A model generated the notes under the pieces. That model did no database searches, had not been told where the DNA came from, and worked only from the letters and a program-made list of their open reading frames with translations. From contig CAVSZB010000006.1 in assembly GCA_963732385.1 (NCBI GenBank), forward strand, positions 64,001-128,000: 64,000 nucleotides of DNA, given 5' to 3'. The translations under genes were made by a program, and so were the position numbers. Positions within the stretch are counted from its first letter, which is position 1, and every line of letters starts with the position of its first letter. Below, one piece after another: positions 1 through 9,626 of the stretch. Origin of the DNA: an uncultured bacterium (lineage in GTDB: Bacteria > Krumholzibacteriota > Krumholzibacteriia > LZORAL124-64-63).

Positions 1-2
1 TT

Positions 3-593
3 TCAGTCCGGCAGCGGCTGGGTGATGGTGAAAGCGCCGCGCAACTCGCCGGGGGCGAATCCGACCGCCCTGTCCTCGGGGTAGAGCTGACGGATCTTCG
101 CCATGAGCAGAGTGTCGATCGCCGCGCCGTGGCATTTCAGGCACGCCTCGCCCATCGGGATCGCCTTGAGATAGCGGTAGGCGCGCTTTCCGTCAGGTTG
201 TGTGACGACCTCTCCCTTCTCCATGCGGATCAGATTTTCGCCGGCCTTCTGGCGTGTCGCGAACTCGGCCAGCCCCTGCGCCTCCCAGGCGTCGGGTGCG
301 TTGGCGGCGTTGCGCACGCGCGGGCCGGTGCGCCCGACCTGCCAGCCGGTTTCCGCGCCGAGGCGCGCCGCGATCTCGGGAGCCTTGTCCCGGCAGGCGG
401 CGATGGCGCCCACCGGGCCCCCCTCCTTGAGTCCCCTGACCAGCTCCGCCCTCAGCGCAGCCTGGAAATTGTCCGTGGTGGCTCGGGCCGCCGCGGCCCG
501 CTCATCGGCGGCGCGGGCCACCGCCGCGTTGAGCGCGGCGATCGCCAGCAGGCAGACGATCGTCAGGCGCCGTCCCCGTGTTGCTGTCTTCAT
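3..593 (-). CDS. DUF3365/Tll0287-like periplasmic c-type heme protein
   Basis: C-terminal part of ORF 3..1268 starting MKTATR; signal peptide, GGPVGAIAAC, RNAANAPDAWE, single CLKCH heme motif, GELRGAFTI. Confidence 0.8.
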   Translation of the reverse strand: MKTATRGRRLTIVCLLAIAALNAAVARAADERAAAARATTDNFQAALRAELVRGLKEGGPVGAIAACRDKAPEIAARLGAETGWQVGRTGPRVRNAANAPDAWEAQGLAEFATRQKAGENLIRMEKGEVVTQPDGKRAYRYLKAIPMGEACLKCHGAAIDTLLMAKIRQLYPEDRAVGFAPGELRGAFTITQPLPD

Positions 594-676
594 TCCGCAC
601 CTCCTGTCGAGCCGTCGCCCGTCCCCGCGAGCCACGGCGTGTGAAGGGCGGCCGCTTCCGGACGGTCGCGCCGCCC

Positions 677-2050
677 TCAGCCATGATCGTAAACGCTCAG
701 CCCCTTGATGTTGACGAACTCGCGCAGCCCCTGGTGGGACAGCTCGCGGCCGAAACCACTCTGCTTGATGCCGCCGAACGGCAGGCGCGGGTCGGACTTG
801 ACGATGCTGTTGACGAAGACCGCTCCGGCCTCCAGGCGGCGCGCCACCCGCTCGCCGCGGGCGAGGTCGCGGGTCCAGACGCTCGCGCCCAGACCGAAGG
901 GGGTGTCGTTGGCCACGGCGATCGCCTCCGCTTCGTCCCGCACGACGAGCACCGGCGCGACCGGCCCGAAGACCTCCTCGCGCGCCGCCCGCATGGCCGG
1001 CGTCACCCCGGCCAGGACGGTGGGGGCGTAGAAGAAGCCGGGCCGGTCGAGGGGGCGGCCGCCCGTGACGAGCCGCGCCCCCGCCGCGAGACTCTCGGCC
1101 ACCTGCGCGGCGATCTCCTCGCGGGCGGCCGCGTTCACCAGCGGGCCGACCTGCGTCCGTTCGTCCAGCGGATCGCCCACGACGAGTTGCGCCGCCAATT
1201 CGCCGAAACGCGCCGTAAACGGCGCCGCCAGCGCCTCGACGACGATAAAACGCTTGGCCGCGATGCAACTCTGGCCGGCGTTCAGCATGCGGCCACGCAC
1301 CGCCTGGTGCGCGGTGAATTCGAGGTCGGCGTCGTCAAGGACGATGAAAGGGTCGGAGCCGCCCAGTTCCAGCACGACCTTTTTCAGCGCCCGGGCGGCT
1401 GTGGCGGCGATTCGCACGCCGGCCCCGGTGCTGCCGGTGAGGGAGACGCCGGCGATCAGGTCGCCGGCGACCAGATCGGCCACGGCAGCGTGGTCCGCGA
1501 ATACAGCGCGGAAGACATCACGGGGAAAGCCGGCCTCGCGGCAGGACGCTTCGATCGCGCGGGCGCAGCCCGGCACGTTGCTCGCGTGCTTGAGCAGACC
1601 CGCATTGCCGGCCAGCAGCGCCGGCACGGCGAAGCGGAAGGCCTGCCAGAAAGGGAAGTTCCACGGCATGACCGCCAGGATGACGCCGAGCGGTTCGCAG
1701 ACGACGCGGTGTCGCCGGCCGTCGGCGGCGACCTCCTCCTCGCGCAGCCAGGCTTCCGCGTTGGCGGCGCAGACCTCGCACAGCCAGGCGCACTTCTCCA
1801 CCTCGGCGCGCGCCTCGGTGATCGGCTTGCCCATCTCCAGCGTGATCAGCCGGGCGTGTGCCGGGAGGCTTGCGCGCAGGGCGCCGGCCAGGCGCAAAAG
1901 CAGGGCGGCTCGTTCAGGCAGGGGTACCTCGCGCCAGGCGCGCTGCGCTTCGCGCACGCACGAGGCGACGCCCGTGACCTCCGTCGGCGGCATGGTCTCG
2001 TAAGCGCCGGTCGTCTCGCCCGTGGCGGGATTGACGGTCTCGATACGCAC
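677..2050 (-). CDS. NAD(P)-dependent succinate-semialdehyde dehydrogenase (aldehyde dehydrogenase family)
   Basis: MPWNFPFWQ, LELGGSDPF, NAGQSC (catalytic Cys), EEVFGPV, PFGGIKQSGFGRE. Confidence 0.9.
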   Translation of the reverse strand: MRIETVNPATGETTGAYETMPPTEVTGVASCVREAQRAWREVPLPERAALLLRLAGALRASLPAHARLITLEMGKPITEARAEVEKCAWLCEVCAANAEAWLREEEVAADGRRHRVVCEPLGVILAVMPWNFPFWQAFRFAVPALLAGNAGLLKHASNVPGCARAIEASCREAGFPRDVFRAVFADHAAVADLVAGDLIAGVSLTGSTGAGVRIAATAARALKKVVLELGGSDPFIVLDDADLEFTAHQAVRGRMLNAGQSCIAAKRFIVVEALAAPFTARFGELAAQLVVGDPLDERTQVGPLVNAAAREEIAAQVAESLAAGARLVTGGRPLDRPGFFYAPTVLAGVTPAMRAAREEVFGPVAPVLVVRDEAEAIAVANDTPFGLGASVWTRDLARGERVARRLEAGAVFVNSIVKSDPRLPFGGIKQSGFGRELSHQGLREFVNIKGLSVYDHG

Positions 2051-2106
2051 GACGGCATGCTAGCATGAACGGCCCCCGACGGCCACGCCGACCGGGGCGG
2101 GACCAC

Positions 2107-2511
2107 TCAGGCTTCGCCTTTGCAGGCGCAGCGGCCGAAACCGCAGCCGGCGTAGTGGACGCGGACCGCCGGCAGACGCAGCAGACGCTCCATGCCGTCG
2201 TCATCCTCCATGGCGCGCCCGAGGAGATCGAGCCAGAAGCTGACGTTGCTCGTTGTGCAGGCGGCATCGGCCGGCACGAGCGCGGCCTCGATGGCGCCGA
2301 GATCGCACCCCACCTCGCAACTCGAGAAACATCCCGAGGAGATCTTGACCCGCCCTGCCTCGAGCTGCCCGGCCAGGCTGGCCGGCAGGATCGCGCCGCG
2401 GTTGCGCAACTCGTCCGCCCAGGCGGCCAGCACGGCCCAGCGCAGGCCGTACCGTTTCAGGACCTCGACTTCGACGCGGATCTGCGCGTCGCTTCTCTTC
2501 TCTTCCGACAT
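2107..2511 (-). CDS. Hypothetical Cys-rich protein (134 aa)
   Basis: Start MSEEKRSD behind a GGGA SD-like site; protein-like composition; GCFSSCEVGC and CGFGRCAC clusters. Confidence 0.6.
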   Translation of the reverse strand: MSEEKRSDAQIRVEVEVLKRYGLRWAVLAAWADELRNRGAILPASLAGQLEAGRVKISSGCFSSCEVGCDLGAIEAALVPADAACTTSNVSFWLDLLGRAMEDDDGMERLLRLPAVRVHYAGCGFGRCACKGEA

Positions 2512-2680
2512 TTCTGTCCCCTGTTCATGGCGACCTGGAGCAGCGTCGGCGAGGTCGTGTCGTATATAAGTGTACTCCGGCCCGCGTTCGAAAGACAACC
2601 GGGGGCGGTCCGGTTTCAGCAAGCACAACGGGCAGTGGATGTTGCATTCCGGCCGGATGGACGGAGGCCTTCCGGGCGGA

Positions 2681-3928
2681 TCACGGCAGGCGGCGCAGCA
2701 GCGGCCAGCGCCACCAGGCGAAGCCTGCGAACAGCAGCAGCAGCGAGGCGCCGCCCGCCACGGTGGCAGGCTCGCCCCAGCGGTGCGCGGCAAAGCCCGA
2801 GGCGAGGGCGCCGAGCGGCATGCTGCCGAAAAAAACCATGGTGTAGATGCTCATCACGCGGCCGCGCAGGGCGTCGGGCAGGCGGGTCTGCAGGAGGGCC
2901 AGCGTGGTGTTGACGATCACCATGAAACTCCAGCCGACGCCCACCAGGGCCGCTACCGCAGCCGGCAGCCAGCGCAGCACCGCGAACAGCAGCAGGGTGA
3001 GCGGCAGCAGCAGGGTGCCGAGCGTGAGCAGCCGGCCGCGGAAACGGCGCCGGCCAAGCGCCGCGATCATGAGGGCGCCGACCAGCGCGCCCGCGCCGCG
3101 CGCCGACAGCAGGGCGCCGTTGAGCCGGACCCCGCCGTGCAGGATGTTGACCGACCAGGCCGGCATCAGCGTCACCAGTCCGACCGCGATCACGCTCACC
3201 ACGCCGACCGTGGCCACGAGCGCGCGCGCCGTGGCGTCGGCGCCCATGTAGGCGAAACCCTCCCGCAGGTCGGCCAGCACCGACGCGCGCGGCGGGGCGG
3301 GCCGCGCTCCGCGCAGCCGCATCAGCAGCAGTCCGCCGATGACCGCCAGGTAGGAGACGCCGTTGATGGTGAAACACCACGCCGGTCCGAGCCAGGCGTA
3401 CACAGTTCCGCCGATGGCCGGCCCGACGACGGTGGCGGCGTTGAACATGGTGGAATTGAGCGCGATCGCGTTCGTGAGGTCCTCGCGCTCCACGAGATCG
3501 ACCACGAGCACCTGCCGGGCCGGAGCGTCGAAGGCGTTCACCACGCCGCCGCAAAGGGCCAGCGCCAGGATATGCCACGGCCGCACGGCCCCTGCGAACA
3601 CCAGCGTGGCCAGCACGAAGGCGAGCAGCATCATAGATGTCTGGGTGGCGATGATCAGGCGTCGCCGCGACACGCGGTCGGCGATCACCCCGCCATAGAG
3701 CGTGAACAGCCAGGACGGCAGTCCGGCGGCGAAGCCGACGTACCCGAGATAGGCCAGCGAATGCGTGAGCTGGTAGACGAGAAAGCCCTGCGCGGCGCTC
3801 TGCATCCACATCCCGGTGAGCGACACGAACTGGCCCCCGAACCACAGCCGGTAGTCGCGGTGGCGCAGCGCCGCGAACGTTTCGCGGAGCGTCGGGGGGG
3901 ACGGTGACGGTGACGTCGGGACGGACAT
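2681..3928 (-). CDS. MFS transporter (MFS_3 / transmembrane secretion effector-like)
   Basis: TFAALRHRDYRLW, GGVIADRVSRRRL, AFDAPARQ, LRGRVMS; about 12 hydrophobic segments. Confidence 0.9.
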   Translation of the reverse strand: MSVPTSPSPSPPTLRETFAALRHRDYRLWFGGQFVSLTGMWMQSAAQGFLVYQLTHSLAYLGYVGFAAGLPSWLFTLYGGVIADRVSRRRLIIATQTSMMLLAFVLATLVFAGAVRPWHILALALCGGVVNAFDAPARQVLVVDLVEREDLTNAIALNSTMFNAATVVGPAIGGTVYAWLGPAWCFTINGVSYLAVIGGLLLMRLRGARPAPPRASVLADLREGFAYMGADATARALVATVGVVSVIAVGLVTLMPAWSVNILHGGVRLNGALLSARGAGALVGALMIAALGRRRFRGRLLTLGTLLLPLTLLLFAVLRWLPAAVAALVGVGWSFMVIVNTTLALLQTRLPDALRGRVMSIYTMVFFGSMPLGALASGFAAHRWGEPATVAGGASLLLLFAGFAWWRWPLLRRLP

Positions 3929-4049
3929 CCTCAATAGATAGGCTGGAGCGGGGCGGAGGGACAGCGATCTTCGCTGCCGGGGGGGCGTCGCGCCGGCCGG
4001 CGCTGTCCGCGTTGGTGATCCGCGCCGGGCGATGAGGTAAGCTCCCGGC

Positions 4050-5261
4050 ATGATGCCCCGCACCACAAGGACGACCGGCGCCGCGCCGCCTGCCCGCTCC
4101 CTGCCCGCCGGCACCTGCGTGTTGCGTCTCGATGCGCGCAGCGGGCCGGGCGGGTGGCTGGTCTGCCGCGCGCCGCGCGGCGCGGTGGTCGCGCGGACGT
4201 CCGCCGAGGTGCCCGACCTGCTGCGGGAGGTGGCGGCGCAGACGGCCCGTGGGCAGGTCGCGGCCGGATTCGTGGCGTACGAGGCGGCCCCGGCGTTCGA
4301 TGCCGCGCTGACGGTCCGGACGCCGCGCGCCGGCGGGTCGGCGCCCGTCGTCCCGCCGGCGCATCCGCCGGTGGCCTGGTTCGGTTTCTATGACACCGCG
4401 TTGTTGAGCGCCCGGCCGCCGGTCGCGCGCCGTGCGGCCGTCTGGAGCGCCGGGCCGTGGCTTCCTTCCCTGTCGGCCGGTGCGCACGCGGCGGCGGTGG
4501 CCCGCGTGAAGGAGCACATCGCCGCCGGCGATACCTACCAGGTCAACCTGACCTTCCGTCTGCGGTCGCGTCTGCGGGGGGATCCGTGGGCGTATTTCCT
4601 CGCCCTGCAGCGCCGGCAGCGGTCCGGCTGCAGCGCGTTCGTCGATACGGGGGAGGACGTGGTGGTGTCGGCGTCGCCCGAGCTATTCTTCCGGCTCGAC
4701 GGCGAACGCATCGTGACGCGACCGATGAAGGGCACCTCTGAGCGCGGACGCGACGCGGCGCACGATCGCCGGCTGGCCGCGCGCCTGCGCGCCTCCGCCA
4801 AGGAATGTGCGGAAAACGTCATGATCGTCGACATGATGCGCAACGATCTGGGGCGGATCGCGCGGTTGGGCAGCGTCGTGGTGGAACGGCTCCTGGCGGT
4901 GGAGCGCTACCCGACGGTGTTGCAGATGACCTCCACCGTGGCGGCGCGCACCGGCGCGTCGCTGCCCGACCTCTTCGCCGCGCTCTTTCCCTGCGCCTCG
5001 GTCACCGGGGCTCCGAAGGCGAGCACCATGGGCATCATCGCCGACCTCGAGTCGACGCCGCGCGGCGTCTACACCGGAGCCGTGGGTTGCGTGCTGCCGG
5101 GAAGGCGCGCGCAGTTCAACGTGGCCATCCGCACGGTTCACGTGACCGCGGCGACCGGCGCCGCGGAGTACGGCGTCGGAGGGGGCATTGTCTGGGATTC
5201 CACCGCGGAGGCCGAATACGCCGAATGCCTGGCGAAGGCCGCCCTTCTCGACCTGCCCTGA
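4050..5261 (+). CDS. pabB: Aminodeoxychorismate synthase component I (chorismate-binding)
   Basis: GDTYQVNLT, SPELFF, RPMKGT, ENVMIVDMMRNDLG, FPCASVTGAPK, RGVYTGAVG. Confidence 0.85.
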   Translation: MMPRTTRTTGAAPPARSLPAGTCVLRLDARSGPGGWLVCRAPRGAVVARTSAEVPDLLREVAAQTARGQVAAGFVAYEAAPAFDAALTVRTPRAGGSAPVVPPAHPPVAWFGFYDTALLSARPPVARRAAVWSAGPWLPSLSAGAHAAAVARVKEHIAAGDTYQVNLTFRLRSRLRGDPWAYFLALQRRQRSGCSAFVDTGEDVVVSASPELFFRLDGERIVTRPMKGTSERGRDAAHDRRLAARLRASAKECAENVMIVDMMRNDLGRIARLGSVVVERLLAVERYPTVLQMTSTVAARTGASLPDLFAALFPCASVTGAPKASTMGIIADLESTPRGVYTGAVGCVLPGRRAQFNVAIRTVHVTAATGAAEYGVGGGIVWDSTAEAEYAECLAKAALLDLP

Positions 5262-5412
5262 TCCGCCGCCGATCCGCGGCTCCGATTTCTGACGGTCAAC
5301 AGAGCGTTTGCACTCCCCGGACTGGAGGCCGCGCTGGTATCGCCGGGCGGCGCGCACTACCTTGAGCCGCGCACCGGCGCGTTGCCGGCCGCGGAGGGAA
5401 GGGGTCAGACAG

Positions 5413-6288
5413 GTGGGGGAACTGTTCGCGCTGGGCGCCGCGGTTGTCTGGGCGCTGGCGATGATCATGCTCAAGAAAGCGGTCGATACGGTTTCACCGT
5501 TCGCGCTGAACCTGTACCGCGTGGTCGTGTCGTCGGTGATGTTCGTCGTGACGCTGGCGGTCATGGGCACGGCGCCGTGGGGCGTGGCGCCGCTGCGGGA
5601 CTGCCTGATCCTCGTTGCGAGCGGCATCATCGGCATCGCCCTGTCCGACACCCTGTTCCACGTCGGGCTGGACTACATGGGGGCCGGGCTGACGGCGATC
5701 GTGGACTGCCTCTATTCGCCGTTCGTCGTCCTGCTCGCCTTCTTCTGGCTCGATGAACGGCTCTCCGTCTGTCAACTCGGCGGTATGGTCCTGGTCATCG
5801 CGGGGATGCTGATCGCCTCGGGACACGCGCCGCCCCCCGGCGCCACCCGTCGGCGGCTGGTGATCGGTTTCGTGTGCGGGGCGCTGGCCATGCTGACGGT
5901 GGCGATCGGCATCGTCATCGCCAAGCCGATCCTCGAGCGGGTGCCGGTCATCTGGGCCACCGCCATGCGCCAGTTCGGGGCCCTGGCCGTGCTCGCGCCG
6001 ATCGCTGTCGTCTCCCGGAACCGCCGCATCCACCTCAACGCCCTGCGTCCGGGCCGCGCCTGGCGCCACCTGCTGCCGGCCGCGGTGCTCAGTTCCTACC
6101 TGGCGCTGATCCTCTGGATCGCCGGCATGAAGTTCACCCGCGCCGGCGCGGCGGCCATCCTCAACCAGACCAGCACCATCTTCGTGCTGATCCTCGCGGC
6201 CTTCCTGCTGCGCGAGCCGTTCACCCGGCGCAAGATCGCCGCCTGCCTGCTGGCGTTCGGCGGCATCATCATGGTCACGCTGGGCTGA
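5413..6288 (+). CDS. DMT/EamA family transporter
   Basis: GTG start GELFALGAAVVWA; 10 TM segments in two EamA repeats. Confidence 0.85.
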   Translation: MGELFALGAAVVWALAMIMLKKAVDTVSPFALNLYRVVVSSVMFVVTLAVMGTAPWGVAPLRDCLILVASGIIGIALSDTLFHVGLDYMGAGLTAIVDCLYSPFVVLLAFFWLDERLSVCQLGGMVLVIAGMLIASGHAPPPGATRRRLVIGFVCGALAMLTVAIGIVIAKPILERVPVIWATAMRQFGALAVLAPIAVVSRNRRIHLNALRPGRAWRHLLPAAVLSSYLALILWIAGMKFTRAGAAAILNQTSTIFVLILAAFLLREPFTRRKIAACLLAFGGIIMVTLG

Positions 6289-6296
6289 GCCTCAGG

Positions 6297-6316
6297 CGGC
6301 GCGTCAGGGCCGGGCC
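6297..6316 (+). repeat. 20-bp direct repeat, copy 1 (CGGCGCGTCAGGGCCGGGCC)
   Basis: Identical to 8103-8122, which overlaps the rarD stop codon. Confidence 0.85.
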
Positions 6317-6410
6317 TGTCCCTCCCAATAATTCGATCCGGCAAAGGATCGGACCGATCCGCGGGTGAACCGCAACTGAGACAATGCGGACGGAGTTATT
6401 GGCAGGCGCA
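6317..6410. mobile_element. MITE-like 94-bp element with imperfect 18-bp terminal inverted repeats
   Basis: TGTCCCTCCCAATAATTC (6317-6334) pairs 14/18 with GAGTTATTGGCAGGCGCA (6393-6410); TG...CA ends; begins exactly after the direct repeat. Confidence 0.45.
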
Positions 6411-6457
6411 TTGTCGGATAGGACGAATCCGCCAACAGTACCGGATATGGTCGGCGG

Positions 6458-7765
6458 CTACCCCTGTCGATTCAAGGAACCGGCAAAATAGAGGGGGATG
6501 AAGCGTAACCGCTGTTCAGGCAGCTCAGCGAAGGGGGCGCAGGAAAGGACGATGCCGTCCCGGCAGCCCGGATGGTCTTTGAGTAGCTGGTGGAGGCTTT
6601 TCAGGCTGCCCGCACTCCCGCTCTTCACTTCGACAGGCTGGATGCCGTTGTGCAGTTCCACGAGATAATCCACCTCGGCGGTGCTGTTCTTTGACTCGCG
6701 CTTCCACCAGTGGAGTTCATGTCCCGGCAGGGAGGCGGCGAGTTCCTGCCCGACAAACTGTTCGGCAAGGGCCCCCCGATAGATGGCCAGCAAATCCTGT
6801 TGCGCCCATTCATCGGTGGCGGTGCGGTTGCAGACAGATTGCATCAGCCCGATGTCGCCCAGGATTGTTTTGATGCGGGGAGTCGCCACGCAACTCAAAG
6901 GGAGCCCGTTCGCCGAGGCGGCATAAACAGGACGCAGCAAACGGGCCGTCGAAAGGACTTGAAAGGCTTTTTTATTGGTGGTGCCTGAGTAATCCTGAGC
7001 CAGGCGGGCATAGGCGATTTGATCGCCCACGGCTTTGGCCGCGTTCGCCCAGACTGTTTCGAGACAGTGTCGGTCAACCCTCGGTGTGTATTTGGAGAAA
7101 TCCTGCTGAAGGGCGGACAGCAGATTGTTCTGTTCGGCACGCACGTCCAGAATGCTTTGCGTGTCCAACCAAGTTTGAACGCATCGGGGCATTCCGCCGA
7201 TCATCCAGTAGCGGCGCAATTCGTGCAAAAGGGTTTCATGGACGGCCGGGGAAAGGCGACAGGGCGGCGCCAGGAGCAGGTCGGCCATCGTGGTATGTCC
7301 GGTCGCGTTCAGATACTCACCGAAGGTCATGGGAAAGAGATCCAGAAACTGGACGCGCCCGACAGGGAAAGAGATGCTTTCCAGGGCAAAATCCAGGAGG
7401 GAGCCGGCAGCGGCAACATGCAACCCCGGCATCTGCTCGTAGAAGTAGCGCAACGACGCCAACGCGCGGGGGCATTGCTGAACCTCGTCGAAAACCAGGA
7501 GGGTTTTGCCCGCGCGGATCGGTTGCCCCAAAAGGAGTTCCAGTTCCGTAAGGATCCGTTTAGGGTCAAGGTCGGCTTCGAAAACCGACTGCCATTTCCG
7601 GCTATGCTCGAAGTCGATGAGGCGCAGGCCGCCTGGGAATGACGTGTTGGCGAACTCCCGGAGGCACCAGGTTTTTCCTGTCTGACGCAATCCCCGCAGG
7701 ATTAGCGGCTTCCGCTGAGGCGAGTCCCTCCACTGCCCCAACTTATCAAGGAAAAACCGTTTCAT
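6458..7765 (-). CDS. AAA+ ATPase (AAA_14) with C-terminal DUF4143 / nuclease-like domain
   Basis: Walker A GLRQTGKT, Walker B VFDEVQ, AAGS, GGMP, C-terminal EVDY...PVEVKSG; lower GC than flanks. Confidence 0.9.
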   Translation of the reverse strand: MKRFFLDKLGQWRDSPQRKPLILRGLRQTGKTWCLREFANTSFPGGLRLIDFEHSRKWQSVFEADLDPKRILTELELLLGQPIRAGKTLLVFDEVQQCPRALASLRYFYEQMPGLHVAAAGSLLDFALESISFPVGRVQFLDLFPMTFGEYLNATGHTTMADLLLAPPCRLSPAVHETLLHELRRYWMIGGMPRCVQTWLDTQSILDVRAEQNNLLSALQQDFSKYTPRVDRHCLETVWANAAKAVGDQIAYARLAQDYSGTTNKKAFQVLSTARLLRPVYAASANGLPLSCVATPRIKTILGDIGLMQSVCNRTATDEWAQQDLLAIYRGALAEQFVGQELAASLPGHELHWWKRESKNSTAEVDYLVELHNGIQPVEVKSGSAGSLKSLHQLLKDHPGCRDGIVLSCAPFAELPEQRLRFIPLYFAGSLNRQG

Positions 7766-7813
7766 ATCCTATACCTCACGTTTTTAGTCTGCTTCGTGCT
7801 GCGGGACGGGTAA

Positions 7814-7859
7814 ATAATACCACAATATTTAGAATTACCAAGGGTGTTTGTGGTATTAT
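7814..7859. promoter_or_regulatory. Perfect 12-bp inverted repeat upstream of the AAA+ gene (putative operator)
   Basis: ATAATACCACAA-N22-TTGTGGTATTAT in an AT-rich patch. Confidence 0.55.
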
Positions 7860-7977
7860 GATTGAGAAATACCAATGGTGTTTGCTGTGGCCAAGGACAT
7901 GATCCCGCGAAGGCGCTCATCTCCCTCCCAAAACTTCGTCCTCCTTGCCGGTGTGGCAGTTACGGCTGATTGGTCAT

Positions 7978-8109
7978 AATCGTCGGATCCACTTGGACGC
8001 ACTACGTCCGAGCCGCGCCTGGTGCCACATGCTGCCGGCCGCAGTTTTCAGTTCCTGCCTCGCGTTGATCTTCGGGATCGCCGGCATGAAGTTCAACCGC
8101 GCCGGCGCG
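7978..8109 (+). pseudogene. Decayed duplicate of part of the EamA gene (copy of 6019-6150)
   Basis: NRRIHLDALRPSRAWCHMLPAAVFSSCLALIFGIAGMKFNRAGA versus NRRIHLNALRPGRAWRHLLPAAVLSSYLALILWIAGMKFTRAGA; 112/132 nt identical by manual count. Confidence 0.85.
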
Positions 8110-8122
8110 TCAGGGCCGGGCC
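8103..8122 (+). repeat. 20-bp direct repeat, copy 2
   Basis: Identical to 6297-6316. Confidence 0.85.
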
Positions 8123-9006
8123 GGCGCGCGCGCATCGCGGATCGCGTCCACGGTGTAGATCGCGAGCGCCGTCCAGATGCAGCCGAAGGCCACGCGGTGC
8201 GCCGGCGTGAAGCGCTCCCCGAACGCCGTCACGGCGAGCAGGAACTGGAGCGACGGCGCCAGGTACTGCAGGAAGCCGATCGTGGCGAGCCGCAGGCGGC
8301 GCGCCGCGTTGGCGAACCAGAGCAGCGGCAGCGCCGTGATCGGGCCGGCCGCCACGAGCAGCAGGTCGAGCCCCGCGCCCCGGTGCAGGAACGCCAGCTG
8401 TCCGGTCGCGTGCGCCCGCACGAGAAACAGCGCCGCCAGCGGCAGCAGCAGCAGGGTTTCGAAGGCGAGCCCGGTCAGCGCGTCGGCGCGCACCTTCTTG
8501 CGCAGCAGCCCGTACAGGCCGAAACTCACCGCCAGCACCAGCGCCACGACCGGCACCTCCCTGAAGCTTGCCCCGAGCCAGGCCACTCCCACGATCGCCA
8601 GCAGCACGCTCCAGCGCTGCGCCGTCCGCAGCCGCTCCCCGAGGAAGAGGAAGCCGAGCAGGACGTTCACCAGCGGGTTGATGTAGTAGCCGAGGCTCGC
8701 CTGCAGCACGTGCCCGGTCGTGACGGCCACGATGAAGACGTACCAGTTGGTGGCGATAAGGACCGTCGTGGCGGCCAGCGTGAGCAGGGTGCGCCGGTGG
8801 CGGACGGCGGCTGCGAGCTCGCGCAACCGCCCGCGCGCGGCCGCGAACAGGAGCAGAAACAGCGCCGACCAGATGATGCGGTGCGACAGCACCTCGAGCG
8901 GCGTCACCGTCTGCACGGCCCGGAAATAGAGGGCGATGAACCCCCACCAGCCGTAGGCGAGAAAGCCGTAGAGGACGCCGCGGCGTGTTCCGGCGGTGTC
9001 GGTCAC
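8110..9006 (-). CDS. rarD: EamA family transporter RarD
   Basis: AYGWWG, LEVLSHRIIWS, QASLGYYINPLV, FGLYGLLRK, IGFLQYLAPSLQF. Confidence 0.9.
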   Translation of the reverse strand: MTDTAGTRRGVLYGFLAYGWWGFIALYFRAVQTVTPLEVLSHRIIWSALFLLLFAAARGRLRELAAAVRHRRTLLTLAATTVLIATNWYVFIVAVTTGHVLQASLGYYINPLVNVLLGFLFLGERLRTAQRWSVLLAIVGVAWLGASFREVPVVALVLAVSFGLYGLLRKKVRADALTGLAFETLLLLPLAALFLVRAHATGQLAFLHRGAGLDLLLVAAGPITALPLLWFANAARRLRLATIGFLQYLAPSLQFLLAVTAFGERFTPAHRVAFGCIWTALAIYTVDAIRDARAPARP

Positions 9007-9626
9007 CGGGCGGTCCCTTCCACGCTGGCGCTTTGGGGGCGCCGCCACGGGAAGAACGTCGGCACTTCGCGCCGGTACTGCGCGTAGGCATCGCCGAACT
9101 CCGCCATCAGCTTGCGCTCCTCGATCCGGACCCCGATGAGGAAGTAGAGCAGGAACACCGTGCGGTACGCCGCGCCGACATCGGTCACATCCCGCGCGAA
9201 CAGCACCACCAGCAGGCCGGCCCCGTACCACGGATGCCGCACCCGCGCCAGCACGCCGTTGCGCCGCAACTCGGCGGGCGCCGTGGCCCGGCCCGTCCGC
9301 CGCTCCGCGATCTGGCGCAGCCCGAGGAACGCCCGGCCGTCGTACGCCAGCGCTCCCGCCACCATGAGCGCCGCCGCCCCCGCCAGCGCCGTCCAGCGGA
9401 CGACGCCCAACACCCCGTCGAAGCGCATGATCGTGTGATGCGGCAGCCCGTGCACATACCGCATCAGCACCATCAGGCTCACCGCCGCCACGCAGACATA
9501 GACCAGACGCTCGAACGCCCCGAGCGCCGCACGCAGCCGCCGCTGCACGCCCGGGACGATCCACAGCGAGTGGACCGCGCACCAGGCGACCGTCGGCGGG
9601 ATCGCAGCGAGAGGATACGGGATCAT
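9003..9626 (-). CDS. Isoprenylcysteine carboxylmethyltransferase / PEMT-like membrane protein
   Basis: VHS, FLGLRQ, RVRHPWY, IEERKLMAEFGDAYAQYRREVP. Confidence 0.8.
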   Translation of the reverse strand: MIPYPLAAIPPTVAWCAVHSLWIVPGVQRRLRAALGAFERLVYVCVAAVSLMVLMRYVHGLPHHTIMRFDGVLGVVRWTALAGAAALMVAGALAYDGRAFLGLRQIAERRTGRATAPAELRRNGVLARVRHPWYGAGLLVVLFARDVTDVGAAYRTVFLLYFLIGVRIEERKLMAEFGDAYAQYRREVPTFFPWRRPQSASVEGTAR

